IMG/VR virus record: IMGVR_UViG_3300035182_000826 | Span: 64,001 to 128,000 of that record | From: a virus | Length of the DNA stretch: 64,000 bases | Direction: 5' to 3' (one strand) | Program-made: the position numbers and the translations under genes | Shown here: positions 37,256 through 47,666 of the stretch, one piece after another | Position numbering within the stretch: the stretch's first letter is position 1 | Layout: every line of letters begins with the position of its first letter | Notes under the pieces: generated by a model | What the model was told of the DNA's origin: nothing | What the model saw: only the letters and a program-made list of their open reading frames with translations | Databases searched by the model: none

Positions 37256-38196
37256 TTAAAAACTATTGGTACTCAGAGCAGCTGAGAAGCTACATGCGCC
37301 AGTTCATGGCGATCTTTAATGGGCTCTCAGTTCAAACCGGTGTTGGTGAGTGCGGAGTTGAAGACTTAGTCCCAGTCACATGTGTCGTTGGTACACGTGA
37401 TCGCGTTGTGGCTGCAATCACTAATGGAAACACTCAGAACAAACTCATGGCTCTTCCACTGATGGCTGTTCACTTACAGTCAATTCAGCTGGCACCAGAG
37501 AGACGCAAAGTTCAAGCATTCGTTGATCAACGAACTGCTATGCGCACAGGCGGAACATTTCCCGATGACTTGACTGTTGTGAAACGTGCTATGCCTGTTC
37601 CTTACAACGTGGTTCTTGAGCTATCGATCTATGCGTCCAACACACAGCAAATGCATCAGATCTTAGAGCAAGTGCTAGTGATGTTCAATCCAGACATTCA
37701 GATTCAGAAGAATGATGCGCCATATGACTGGACAAGATTGACAAGAGTTGAGCTCACTGACATCACGAATGAAGAGAATTACCCAAGTGGCGCAGATCGC
37801 CGAATGGTGATCTGGACTCTCACTTTTTCGATGCCAATCTATTTGACTATCCCAATGGCTGTCAAGGATGATTTGGTCAGACGCGTCATTATTCAGATTG
37901 GCCTTGCAGATTCAATGAACTTTAGGGAAGTAGACCAGAATGGTGAAATCCTTCCGTTTGGTGACCCAGTAGGTGTGATTGACATTGACAGTCGCCCAGT
38001 ACCAACAGAAGATGAGTGCAAGTACGTCGGTCCTGTTGCCCCAACCACAAACCTTGAGTTTGACGATACTTGGTTCAACACACAGACTGGTTTCGCAATG
38101 AGATGGAATGGTATTGAATGGTACAAGATTGAACAGAAGATGCCAACGCCAAAGGGCCCAGATGATGACTCTCCTTCTGTTGAGGTAACTCCATGA
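37252..38196 (+). CDS. tail terminator / sheath stabiliser (T4 gp15-like)
   Basis: YWYSEQLRSYMRQF, MPVPYN, QILEQVLVMFNP. Confidence 0.85.
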   Translation: MIKNYWYSEQLRSYMRQFMAIFNGLSVQTGVGECGVEDLVPVTCVVGTRDRVVAAITNGNTQNKLMALPLMAVHLQSIQLAPERRKVQAFVDQRTAMRTGGTFPDDLTVVKRAMPVPYNVVLELSIYASNTQQMHQILEQVLVMFNPDIQIQKNDAPYDWTRLTRVELTDITNEENYPSGADRRMVIWTLTFSMPIYLTIPMAVKDDLVRRVIIQIGLADSMNFREVDQNGEILPFGDPVGVIDIDSRPVPTEDECKYVGPVAPTTNLEFDDTWFNTQTGFAMRWNGIEWYKIEQKMPTPKGPDDDSPSVEVTP

Positions 38197-39374
38197 AACT
38201 AGTAAAGCTACAAGAACTGGCGATCAAGCCTGCAAAAATCGATCGTGCGATTGTGTCATCATCAAATGTTGATGCATTAGTTGGTTTTGAGGTTGAACTT
38301 TACGTGCCTTCAGATTCAGCGTTCTATGACGAGCCACCGTCAGAACAAGAGCTCAAAAAGATCAGCTCACCAGAAGAGCTTGAATCTGTTTTAGAGGACT
38401 CTCAAGCTACTGAAAAGAAGTTGAAGACATTGAGCAGACACTACTCGAACTGGGTAGGTGAGCGCATTGAAGAATGGGTTGATGAGAACTGGCGAGACTT
38501 TGATGATGGAGATCAGGAAGAAGCTAGAGCTGACGCTGAACATCACATCCCAGAGAGTGAATACAGCTTTCAGGCATGGATCAAGCAAGAGTTTAATTCA
38601 CTCGGTGAGATGCTTGACCACTATGGATTAGTGTTCAAGGTCAGCGGCACGGGACAAGAGGTACTTGATAACATCAGAGATGAAATCTCACGCTTTCTCA
38701 AAGTAAAGTTCGTGATGCATGGTGACGCTAGTGGAAGTACATGGGCCATTACCAATGACGATTCAGTGAAGGACGATGAGGGTAATGAGACTGATAGTGG
38801 TGAGCATGGCTTCAATGTTGAAATCATCTCACCTCCGCTCAGCCCCGTGGATGCGCTGAGTTATCTGCAAAAGGTGTTCAGATTTGCGAACACGTATCGC
38901 CTTCGTGCCAATCAGTCAACAGGTTTGCACATCAACATTTCATTTCCTAAGGAAATGATGTCTAAACTAGACGTTGTGAAGCTTGCACTGTTCTCTGGGG
39001 ATGACTATCAGTTAAGACGATTTGGGCGTGAGCTCAGCAGGTACGCCTGGTCACAGAAAAAGTACTTGGAAAAAGAGTTCAGTGAAGCTGATCTTAGCAC
39101 ATTGGCATCATCTGCGTCTATGCAGGCTGCAGCCAAAAAGATCATGGACCGAACTGGAAAATACTTCAGCTTCAATTTGAATAAGCTGCAGTATGGATAC
39201 CTGGAATTTAGAACCGCTGGTGGTGTTGATTACATCAACCGGTTCAGTGACATCAGAGACACGGTTGGCAGATACCTACACGCAATGAAAATTTCAATGG
39301 ACCCTGCAGCCGCTCGCAAAGAGTACCTGAAGAAACTTGGTGCACTGGTGCTGAAGGCAAAATCTGAAAAGTGA
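38193..39374 (+). CDS. amidoligase-family (COOH-NH2 ligase) protein
   Basis: GFEVE, DDSV, EIISPPL, NQSTGLHINIS, KY.SFN, YLEFR. Confidence 0.8.
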   Translation: MKLVKLQELAIKPAKIDRAIVSSSNVDALVGFEVELYVPSDSAFYDEPPSEQELKKISSPEELESVLEDSQATEKKLKTLSRHYSNWVGERIEEWVDENWRDFDDGDQEEARADAEHHIPESEYSFQAWIKQEFNSLGEMLDHYGLVFKVSGTGQEVLDNIRDEISRFLKVKFVMHGDASGSTWAITNDDSVKDDEGNETDSGEHGFNVEIISPPLSPVDALSYLQKVFRFANTYRLRANQSTGLHINISFPKEMMSKLDVVKLALFSGDDYQLRRFGRELSRYAWSQKKYLEKEFSEADLSTLASSASMQAAAKKIMDRTGKYFSFNLNKLQYGYLEFRTAGGVDYINRFSDIRDTVGRYLHAMKISMDPAAARKEYLKKLGALVLKAKSEK

Positions 39375-39460
39375 CCAAATACTGTACGAGTTTTGTGACA
39401 TACTCATAAATACAGTACCATAACCAAAGCCCGGCATTCTGCCGTTAAAGGAGAACATCC

Positions 39461-41317
39461 ATGGCATCACTAGTTTCTGCAGGCGTTTCAGTCTCAGTAA
39501 CAGACAGCTCGCTGTACTTTTCTACTTCAGCACCAACTGTTCCGCTGATTTTCATCGCTACCCGCTCAGGCAAATTGCAGGCTGATGGTGTTACTTCCGC
39601 CGCCGGCACACTTGAGGCTGGCGTCATTCGTGAAGTAACTTCAGTTGCTGAATCTCTCGAACTTTACGGTATCCCATACTTCTGGAAAGATGCTTCTGGA
39701 AATGAATTCCATGGTGATGCACGTAACGAGTACGGTCTGTTGGCACTGAATCAATTCCTAGGATTAGGCAATCGCGCTTACGTCATTCGCGCTGACATCG
39801 ACACAACTGATGAGTCTGAGACTTTCATCAGCCTCGGTGTTCCAGCTGTTGTTCCAGGCACCGTTGAGTACAACGGTGATGGTGACGGGGTGCTGATGAA
39901 CATCACTGCCGTTGATAACACTGTCAAGCCACAAACCATCACGATCACCTTCACAACAAGCACTACATTTGCCGTAACTGGTTCTGTGTCAGGTTACATT
40001 GGATCTGGTGTGGTTGGAACACCATTCACCTCAACCAAAGTGAACTTCACCATCAATGCTGGTTCAACGCACTTTGCTGCTGATGACGCGTTCTCCTTTG
40101 TTCTAGCATATCATCCAATTGCTGGCGTTGGTAACATCGGCAATGGCACAATGTCGAGCCTGAAGGTTGATACGCTGGCTGTGCCTGAAACCATCACTAT
40201 TACATTCACATCTGGAACTGCGTTCAATGTGTCAGGTACAGTGTCTGGCGTGTCGGCCCCAGGTGTCGTTGGTTCCCCATATGACAATAACCGCGTGAAC
40301 TTCACTATCGTTGCTGGCACAACCCCATTTAATGCTGGTGATGAGTTCACAATCAATGTTGCCTCCGTGACAATTGATACTCCACTAGGTGCTAATGACG
40401 CAGCTAAGCGCGTTGCAATTGTGACGGCTCTCCAAGCTGCCATCAACAGCAATCAAGAAATCAGATCAGAACTTTACGAGTTCAATCTGATTCTGTGCCC
40501 TGGCTATTACGAGTGTGCTGATGAAATGGTTGCTCTTGCGGCCGATGTGAAGTACGAGGCTTTCGTAATTGCTGACACTCCAGTGAATAAGACTCCAGCT
40601 CAGGTTTCTGAATGGGCGCTGACTTCTTCACGTACATCAAGCACAAGCGTTGCTTACTACTACCCATGGGGCTTGTGCTCAAACTACGATGGTAGAAATG
40701 TCGTGTGCGCTCCTTCTGGAATTGCGCTCCGCACCTATGCAAACAGCGACAACCAATCTTACGTTTGGTTTGCACCAGCTGGTGTTGCTCGTGGCTCAGT
40801 CACTGGTATCACGTCAGTTGGTTATGTTTCTGGAACTCTTGGAACCGCAACCACCTTTGTTGAGACTAATCTGAACCAAGGACAGCGTGATTCTCTGTAT
40901 GAGTCATTTAAGAACATCAATCCTATCGTGTACTTCCCTGGTCAGGGAATCATTGTTTGGGGGCAGAAGACTTCAGCAGCTGCTTCATCAGCTCTTGACC
41001 GCGTGAATGTGGTCCGTCTGCTTTGCTACTTGCGTAAGGCGCTTCGCGAAGGTGCATTCCCATTTACCTTCGAGCCAAATGATGCCATTACTCGTGCAAA
41101 CCTTAAGGCCGCGGCAGATGACATTTTGAACAACATTCTGTCACTACGCGGCATCTATGAGTTTGCAACCAAGTGCGATGAGTCAAACAACACACCAACG
41201 AGAATTGATAACGGTGAAATGTGGTTGGACGTTGCAATTAAGCCAACAAAAGCGGCTGAATTCATCTACATCCCAATCAACGTTGTCAGCACTGGTGACA
41301 ACATTACTGGAAACTGA
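39461..41317 (+). CDS. contractile tail sheath protein (T4 gp18-like)
   Basis: LVSAGVSV, YYPWG, WFAPAG..RG, RVNVVRL, FEPND, KAAEFIYI. Confidence 0.95.
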   Translation: MASLVSAGVSVSVTDSSLYFSTSAPTVPLIFIATRSGKLQADGVTSAAGTLEAGVIREVTSVAESLELYGIPYFWKDASGNEFHGDARNEYGLLALNQFLGLGNRAYVIRADIDTTDESETFISLGVPAVVPGTVEYNGDGDGVLMNITAVDNTVKPQTITITFTTSTTFAVTGSVSGYIGSGVVGTPFTSTKVNFTINAGSTHFAADDAFSFVLAYHPIAGVGNIGNGTMSSLKVDTLAVPETITITFTSGTAFNVSGTVSGVSAPGVVGSPYDNNRVNFTIVAGTTPFNAGDEFTINVASVTIDTPLGANDAAKRVAIVTALQAAINSNQEIRSELYEFNLILCPGYYECADEMVALAADVKYEAFVIADTPVNKTPAQVSEWALTSSRTSSTSVAYYYPWGLCSNYDGRNVVCAPSGIALRTYANSDNQSYVWFAPAGVARGSVTGITSVGYVSGTLGTATTFVETNLNQGQRDSLYESFKNINPIVYFPGQGIIVWGQKTSAAASSALDRVNVVRLLCYLRKALREGAFPFTFEPNDAITRANLKAAADDILNNILSLRGIYEFATKCDESNNTPTRIDNGEMWLDVAIKPTKAAEFIYIPINVVSTGDNITGN

Positions 41318-41331
41318 TAATCTAATCAGCT

Positions 41332-41364
41332 AAAATAAGGGCGCCATTGGCGCCCTTATTTTTT
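41332..41364. terminator. bidirectional terminator
   Basis: AAAATAAGGGCGCCA-T-TGGCGCCCTTATTTT. Confidence 0.85.
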
Positions 41365-42717
41365 GAATATCCAATTCCCATAGTTCAAGACTTTTTCAAA
41401 CCCAAGTGATGTCATTATCTGATCTTCAGTCATATCCATGTCAAACTCTGGATATTGCTGAAGCAGTTTTTGCTTTTGTGTTTCGCCGCGTGACAACACA
41501 ATGTTTCCGCGTTTCCACACGTAGCCTGGCTTAGTCTTACCAACTAAAGTAAAACCAGCTCTATGATAAATTGTGTCTGTTGGATCTGGTGACCATCTAG
41601 CGTCACAGTAAGTGATGCATTCCTGTACATTAAAGTGTGAAAAGCATTTTTGAAATCCACCAATAATAGTGATTCCTGGCTTCACACACCATCGATAGAT
41701 TTCTAGCACTTTGTCTTTGCCAAATCTGCTTTTGCCAACAGTCATCACAGCTAGAACCTGCCCATTAAGGGTCAAGCAGATGCTAGTGCCTCTGACATAG
41801 CCTTGTGTATGGTACTTTGTCAAAAATTCATGAGCTACCAAAGATGCAGTGGTGCCAAGAAGAACTGAACACTTTCTGGCATAGATCCTCTCTTTTTTCA
41901 TCAACAGTGACTGCACCCGAGATAACACCGCCTGCTCATTTGTAATCAACTCAACGTCTTGAATTGTGACTACCTTGATGCCATTCACTTTGGCATCTTG
42001 GATTTTGTCTAAATCTCGCGTTTGATCTTGATGCCAGTGTGAGCCGTTTACCTCAAAGCCAATGTTAGCTTTAGGAGAAAAAATATCTATTTCTCTCCTG
42101 TCATTAAGTCCTTGACGATAATTTGAAATCACTGTATCGTCTACTTCTTGAGCTGCCTTAAAAACCAACCCCTGAATATTTGATACTGAGCATTTTGGAC
42201 AAGCTATGTATTTTGTTTTTTGGAATGGGCGTTCAAATTCAACACCACAAATGTGCTTCCACTTAACAATATCACTGGCTTTAGTTGGTGCTTCTGTTAT
42301 CAATATGAATCCACGGCTTTTTGCTTCTTCAATTTTCCTACTAAGCGCCTTAGCTGTTTTTGACTTGGCCATTTTTTCAGAAACAGCTCGTCTGAAATCC
42401 TCGTTAGACCACAAATTATCTGTTCCATATTTCCGCTCAAGTGTTTCTTTTCTTTTTGAGATTGTCACACTTGAGGATTGCCCACAAGACTTAGAACAAT
42501 TTGATCTATATCCATGGGTAAAATCCCAATACTTGGTTAGATTTCCGCATGCGCATAGTGGGCGTGTGTGAAATAAATTCCAGATCTTCTCTGACACGCT
42601 ACTTCCACTAAGCTCAGACAACCATGGTGCCTTATTGGCATTCCATCTTGCCTTCCTAGAATCAAATGTGCCGTTTGTGAAAAACAGTTCTTCTGCGAGG
42701 TTTTTGTAGGATTTCAT
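41356..42717 (-). CDS. Hef-like homing endonuclease (Vsr-type nuclease plus Hef domain)
   Basis: CSKSC, EIDIF, FEVNGSHWH, IYARKC, FLTKYHTQG, TYCDARWS; antisense insertion between sheath and tube; AT-rich. Confidence 0.75.
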   Translation of the reverse strand: MKSYKNLAEELFFTNGTFDSRKARWNANKAPWLSELSGSSVSEKIWNLFHTRPLCACGNLTKYWDFTHGYRSNCSKSCGQSSSVTISKRKETLERKYGTDNLWSNEDFRRAVSEKMAKSKTAKALSRKIEEAKSRGFILITEAPTKASDIVKWKHICGVEFERPFQKTKYIACPKCSVSNIQGLVFKAAQEVDDTVISNYRQGLNDRREIDIFSPKANIGFEVNGSHWHQDQTRDLDKIQDAKVNGIKVVTIQDVELITNEQAVLSRVQSLLMKKERIYARKCSVLLGTTASLVAHEFLTKYHTQGYVRGTSICLTLNGQVLAVMTVGKSRFGKDKVLEIYRWCVKPGITIIGGFQKCFSHFNVQECITYCDARWSPDPTDTIYHRAGFTLVGKTKPGYVWKRGNIVLSRGETQKQKLLQQYPEFDMDMTEDQIMTSLGFEKVLNYGNWIFKK

Positions 42718-42765
42718 GGGTACTCTCTAAATAGCTAAAGCCAAATTCTAACATGGAGAATATTT

Positions 42766-43362
42766 ATGGCAAACCTAAGTAATTTTGGCATTCCGGGCGG
42801 CGGCAATGGTATCTTTGCACCAAGGCTGTCCCACAGATGGCGCGTCACTTTCCAGAATATTGGTCGTCTAGTGTCAGGCGTGAACTCACGTGACTTGACA
42901 ATGCAAGCAATTCAGGTTGAACGCCCAAACATTGAATGGGACGAAGCCGAACAGCATCGCTACAACTCAACAGCGTATGTGGCAACGAAACACCACTTCA
43001 ATGAAATGCCAATGACCGTTGAAGATGACATCACAGGTCTTGCATCAGCAGTTATCACTGCACAGCTTGAGACACAACAACGCCTGATTGGTGTTGATCT
43101 AGATGGCCGTTGGCTGAATGCTGCGGCTACCGGTTCAGACTACAAGTTCGGTTTGATCCTTGAGCTACTTGATGGTGACGAGGGTGTTGTTGAGACATGG
43201 TACATTGAAGGTGCTTGGATTAAGAGCGCCCAATTCGGTGAGATGTCTTATGACAACAGTGAAGTTATGAAGATTCAAATGTCAATCCGTTATGATCATG
43301 CCCACAAGGTTGACAACGGTAAGGGCTATGGCACTTCTCTAGGTGGCGCGCTGACACAGTAA
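42766..43362 (+). CDS. tail tube protein (T4 gp19-like)
   Basis: RWRVTF, ERPNIEW, ETWYIEGAW, IRYDHA; follows the sheath gene. Confidence 0.85.
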   Translation: MANLSNFGIPGGGNGIFAPRLSHRWRVTFQNIGRLVSGVNSRDLTMQAIQVERPNIEWDEAEQHRYNSTAYVATKHHFNEMPMTVEDDITGLASAVITAQLETQQRLIGVDLDGRWLNAAATGSDYKFGLILELLDGDEGVVETWYIEGAWIKSAQFGEMSYDNSEVMKIQMSIRYDHAHKVDNGKGYGTSLGGALTQ

Positions 43363-43422
43363 ATAGGCAAAAAATGGCGAGAGAAATCTCGCCATTTTTC
43401 AGCATTAAGAAAACACAGAACT

Positions 43423-44991
43423 ATGAACTTCTTAGAATATCTCATTGAAGCGCAATTCAGTGAAGCTGACCTTGAGCGTATCATCAAAGTCTTTGAGCGC
43501 AGAGCGCCAAAGCTACTTGGTGGTCCGATTTACCGTTATGGTGGTAAGAAGGGCGTAGAACAACTTCCAGGCGCCTCAGTCGGCTATCTGTTTTTCTTTG
43601 CCACGAACAGAGCATTTCGGATTAGAGCGCGTGCCGGTAAGATTCTTGGGATTGATGTCTGGACGAATTACCACCCATTCAATGGCCCTAACTTCGTGAT
43701 TCATGTTGAGGAACTTGCAGCTGAGGATGTGATCGGTGCAATCAAGGAGATTGCAAGCATGATCAAGAATCCAAAGGTTGGTAAGATCGAGGTGAAGACA
43801 GCAGCGGTCACAGAAGGCATTGAACAACTTGATGAAATGGCCAAGCGTGTTGACGCTGACTCATTCTATCAGATGATGGTTAAGTCTGTTGGTAAGGCCG
43901 ACGCAGAGTCTGCTACATGGGACCAGATCAAGTCAGTGGCCAATGAAAACGATGTGCTGATTCCAGCATACATTCGTGATCAGAAGATTGGCCGTGGTAA
44001 GTGGAACACCAAGCCAGGCTCAGTTCAGGATATCAGTTCAGGAAAAGAAACTGAATCTGACGTCAATGATGCGGCGTCAAAGAAGAAAGCGCCAATCATG
44101 TACATCAAGGTCACCGCGCAAGACCCTGATACGAAGAAGTTCATTTCTGCTGACACACCTGAAGCACAAGCCTTGTACAAGCAGCTTCAAACAACTCTGA
44201 AGGCGCCTCCTTCAGAGGAAGAGCTGCGTGACCCTGAAACACTGTACGGCCACATGGCTCAGCTAGTTCAGATGGCTTGCAAGGGCTCACTTCGCTCACT
44301 GCTGATTTACGGTGGCCCAGGTACTGGTAAGACCTTCACGATCATGAATGTGGTCAATGATGCCGGGCTCAGCAAGGGAAGCGATTACGTGAAGTTGTCT
44401 GGTAAGGCAACGGCGGCTGAAATCTACAAGACGCTGTTCATGTACCGTAAGAACGGCCTGGTGATCTTTGATGACTTGGACAGCATGTGGGGTAACCAAG
44501 ACGCTACCAACATTTTGAAGGCTGCGCTAGACACATCAGACGTTCGTGAAATTGCATGGGCTTCACGCGATACCGTGAACGTGTCACGCATGTCTGACAA
44601 AGAACGTGAAGAGTTCAATGATAAGGTTGACGCCGAAATTGAAGAGAACCCAGCTAACGCTAGATACCCATCAATGTTTGACTTCACTGGCCGAGTGATC
44701 TTCATCTCAAACCTCCGCAAGGATCAGTTCGACACCGCAATCATGTCACGTTCAGCTAAGATCAACATGGACTTGACGCCAGCTGAAATTCTGCAACGTA
44801 TGAGAAACATCCTCCCAACACTTGGTGGTAACGATGTTTCACTTGACAAGAAACAGGCACTGCTTGATCACTTGCTAGAGATGCACGGTAAGGGTGAAAT
44901 CACTGCTGTCACAATGCGTGAATTCATCAAGGGGTTGAACATTGTTCGTTCAGGTGTACCAAACTGGAAGGAACTCATCCAGTACGCTTGA
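43423..44991 (+). CDS. AAA+ ATPase with N-terminal extension (late paralog)
   Basis: GGPGTGKT, IFDDLDS, LKAALD, FTGRVIFISN, AIMSR; starts MNFLEYLIEA. Confidence 0.85.
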   Translation: MNFLEYLIEAQFSEADLERIIKVFERRAPKLLGGPIYRYGGKKGVEQLPGASVGYLFFFATNRAFRIRARAGKILGIDVWTNYHPFNGPNFVIHVEELAAEDVIGAIKEIASMIKNPKVGKIEVKTAAVTEGIEQLDEMAKRVDADSFYQMMVKSVGKADAESATWDQIKSVANENDVLIPAYIRDQKIGRGKWNTKPGSVQDISSGKETESDVNDAASKKKAPIMYIKVTAQDPDTKKFISADTPEAQALYKQLQTTLKAPPSEEELRDPETLYGHMAQLVQMACKGSLRSLLIYGGPGTGKTFTIMNVVNDAGLSKGSDYVKLSGKATAAEIYKTLFMYRKNGLVIFDDLDSMWGNQDATNILKAALDTSDVREIAWASRDTVNVSRMSDKEREEFNDKVDAEIEENPANARYPSMFDFTGRVIFISNLRKDQFDTAIMSRSAKINMDLTPAEILQRMRNILPTLGGNDVSLDKKQALLDHLLEMHGKGEITAVTMREFIKGLNIVRSGVPNWKELIQYA

Positions 44992-45025
44992 CGCGTGGTG
45001 AATACAAAAAGAGCGACACGAAATG

Positions 45026-45053
45026 ACACGAGGGGCCCTAGGGCCCCTCGTGT
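45026..45053. terminator. palindromic hairpin / terminator
   Basis: ACACGAGGGGCCC-TA-GGGCCCCTCGTGT. Confidence 0.65.
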
Positions 45054-45086
45054 GTTATGCTCTGCAGTTTATTTGTTCGGTGCGCA

Positions 45087-45118
45087 CTCGGCCTCACCGG
45101 TGTCGCCGAGGCTGTGCT
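45087..45118. repeat. isolated arm of the hairpin repeat
   Basis: CCTCACCGGTGTCGCCGAGGCTGTGCT, as at about 29216-29242. Confidence 0.85.
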
Positions 45119-45293
45119 TTTGTGCACCTAAAGGACGCACAAAGCCGGGAATGTTGTTGTCCTGGTTTCGTTCACATGAACGCACGAATTGTCTGACCCT
45201 GAGCTGTGATGGGAACATCACGCGACCATCGGTTTGAATGGCAGACCTCTTTGAACATCCATAAATACAGAATAAGGGTTCAAGGGAAAGCCA

Positions 45294-46577
45294 ATGGCTG
45301 ACATTTCAAATCTTCTCAAATCAGCCGGTATCAACGCTGAGCAAACCGCAACAACTATCTTTGGCCAGGCCGTGCAAGACTTTGCCGGTAATCCAATTGC
45401 AAGTGCTATTGGAAACATCGGGAACTCGTCAACGAAGGTAAACAGAAACGATGGGACGTGGCACGCCACCTCTTATGCGGCTTCAGCGGTGAACTCCCAG
45501 TTCAGAGGCAAGTTCAAGTTTCTCTTCAGGGTTGAGTTCTTGTTCAAGCAGACACCAGACGTGCAACACTTTCTGACAGCAAACAAGATTGATCGGAACT
45601 TCGTCTTCATGGTGAAGCAGGTCGACCGTCCAAAGGTCGACTTTGAATATGAAGAAGTGAACATGTACAACCAAAAGACAAGGGTGCTGAAGTCAATCAA
45701 ACACAAGGAATTGAACTTGACATTTATTGATGACGTTGGGAACAACGTGTATGAGTTCTTCCGTTTCATGATGATGGTGCACTCGCCAATCACAAGAAGA
45801 TCTGCGAATGCCGGATTTAACATTTCTGAGGCATATGCAGCTTACACATCTGGTAATGGTATGGTGTTCACCGACAGCATTGCTTCAGCTAACGTTGCAC
45901 AGGACTTTGCATCACGTGGTGTGATAAACACTGACGTTGGTAACATCATCCAAGCGATCAAGATTTCACAGGTGTTCGTGAACCCTGCGCAAACTGGTCT
46001 TGGGAACGCCGTTAAGGAAGTCGCGTTCTTCTTCATCAATCCACGCGTGGTGTCTTTTGATCTTGATGAAATGTCTCATGACTCAAGTGACATGAACGTC
46101 TTCACCATGTCGTTTGACTATGACTTCATGGCAATGACACCAGCGCGGAACATGCAGGCCATTGATGATGCAAAGAAGATGCCGACATGGAAGGATGCGC
46201 CTGGTGATTTGGCACCATCGTCAAACACTGGTGCTTCATCAGGTAATGCAAATCCATATACCCAATTGATTTCGAATTCAGCAGCTCGTGCTGCTCAGAA
46301 GATCGTGAGCTCAACAGTTGGAAGGTATGTTAAACAGGTGCCTGGATTAGGAATTGTAGCCGATACGCTTTCTGGGAAGGTAGAGCAAATCACTAGGGCT
46401 TCAGTTGGGAACCTGGCATCATCAACAGTCTCTTCTATTTCACAGGCATTTGCAAGACCATCTCGCGCGCTCGTAACTGATGACACTACTCAGCAGAATG
46501 CGAATGCATTGCAAGCGACGTACACCTCATCAACTGGTACGTACGGAACTGATCAACCATCTATTGAGGAATCATAA
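45294..46577 (+). CDS. tube-fold baseplate/tail protein (gp48/gp54-like)
   Basis: KFLFRVEF, VKQVDRPK, NMYNQK, FDYD. Confidence 0.65.
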   Translation: MADISNLLKSAGINAEQTATTIFGQAVQDFAGNPIASAIGNIGNSSTKVNRNDGTWHATSYAASAVNSQFRGKFKFLFRVEFLFKQTPDVQHFLTANKIDRNFVFMVKQVDRPKVDFEYEEVNMYNQKTRVLKSIKHKELNLTFIDDVGNNVYEFFRFMMMVHSPITRRSANAGFNISEAYAAYTSGNGMVFTDSIASANVAQDFASRGVINTDVGNIIQAIKISQVFVNPAQTGLGNAVKEVAFFFINPRVVSFDLDEMSHDSSDMNVFTMSFDYDFMAMTPARNMQAIDDAKKMPTWKDAPGDLAPSSNTGASSGNANPYTQLISNSAARAAQKIVSSTVGRYVKQVPGLGIVADTLSGKVEQITRASVGNLASSTVSSISQAFARPSRALVTDDTTQQNANALQATYTSSTGTYGTDQPSIEES

Positions 46578-47032
46578 TGGCTAAGACAAATGGTAATGCC
46601 AGACCACGATCAACAATGAAGGGGCGGTTCATTCCAAAACACCCAGAGAAGTACATCGGCGATCCATCAAAGATCTATGGCAGGTCAAGTTGGGAGTTCA
46701 CCCTGTTCAAGTACTTTGACACAACTCCAGCTGTACTCCGTTGGGCCAGTGAAGAGTTCTCAATTCCGTACTTGTCACCATTGGATAACAAGGTCCATCA
46801 GTACTATCCAGATGCGTTCGTGGTTTATCGTGACAAAAGTGGTGGGGTCAAAAAGGAAATCATCGAAATCAAGCCATACAAAGAAACCGTATTGACACCA
46901 AAAGCTAGTGATCAAGACAAGTTAGCATTGCTGGTGAATACGGCAAAATGGAAGGCAGCTTCAGATTTTGCCCAGAGTAATGGCTTCACTTTCCGTGTCA
47001 TTACAGAGCGGACTCTCTTTAAAACCCGGTGA
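46577..47032 (+). CDS. head completion nuclease (T4 gp4-like, TnsA-type)
   Basis: PKHPEKYIGD, RSSWE, WASEE, YYPD, IEIKP, NTAKW. Confidence 0.9.
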   Translation: MAKTNGNARPRSTMKGRFIPKHPEKYIGDPSKIYGRSSWEFTLFKYFDTTPAVLRWASEEFSIPYLSPLDNKVHQYYPDAFVVYRDKSGGVKKEIIEIKPYKETVLTPKASDQDKLALLVNTAKWKAASDFAQSNGFTFRVITERTLFKTR

Positions 47033-47184
47033 ATGTGAAACATAACCCTGTGTTTCATGTGCCGCTAAATAGTCGATACTTTCTAGAGTCAAAAATGCTA
47101 CGTGAATCCTAAAGAACCAAACCGACGTAGAAACGATTGGCAAGGAAAAACTAGCTGCTGCTAAGAAACACATTGGAGACTAGC

Positions 47185-47640
47185 ATGTCAAACTTTGTAA
47201 AACCACTTGATGAAGTGTTCAACATTGAATCAGAGCACAATGGTTTTGATGACTATGAGATGGTGCCAGAGTCAGCATTGCCTGCAACAACGCCACAAGA
47301 GCCTGCACCATACGTCCGTGATGAAGACGACATCGAAACTGATCGAAAGCTTGATGAAGTCTATAACGAAGCCAAAAAGACCTTTCAGAATCAAATGTCT
47401 TACACCGAAATCATTGAGCCTCGATATGCAGCTAGAAACGCTGAAGTTGCGGCTACGTTCTTGAACATTGCATTGGCCGCCGCAACGTCAAAGGCGCGAG
47501 TAAAGACCGATCGCAAGCGCGCAAACACATTCATTCCAGGCATGGGATCCACAAAGATCACTAACAACACAGTTGTTGCGACAAGAGAAGAGATCTTGAG
47601 GATGATTGACGTTGATGGAACTAAGAAAGAAATCAAGTAA
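47185..47640 (+). CDS. putative terminase small subunit (gp16-like)
   Basis: PRYAARNAEVA, TNNTVVATREEIL; upstream of the large subunit. Confidence 0.6.
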   Translation: MSNFVKPLDEVFNIESEHNGFDDYEMVPESALPATTPQEPAPYVRDEDDIETDRKLDEVYNEAKKTFQNQMSYTEIIEPRYAARNAEVAATFLNIALAAATSKARVKTDRKRANTFIPGMGSTKITNNTVVATREEILRMIDVDGTKKEIK

Positions 47641-47666
47641 ATAGGTCTATGACCTTAGGATAGATA

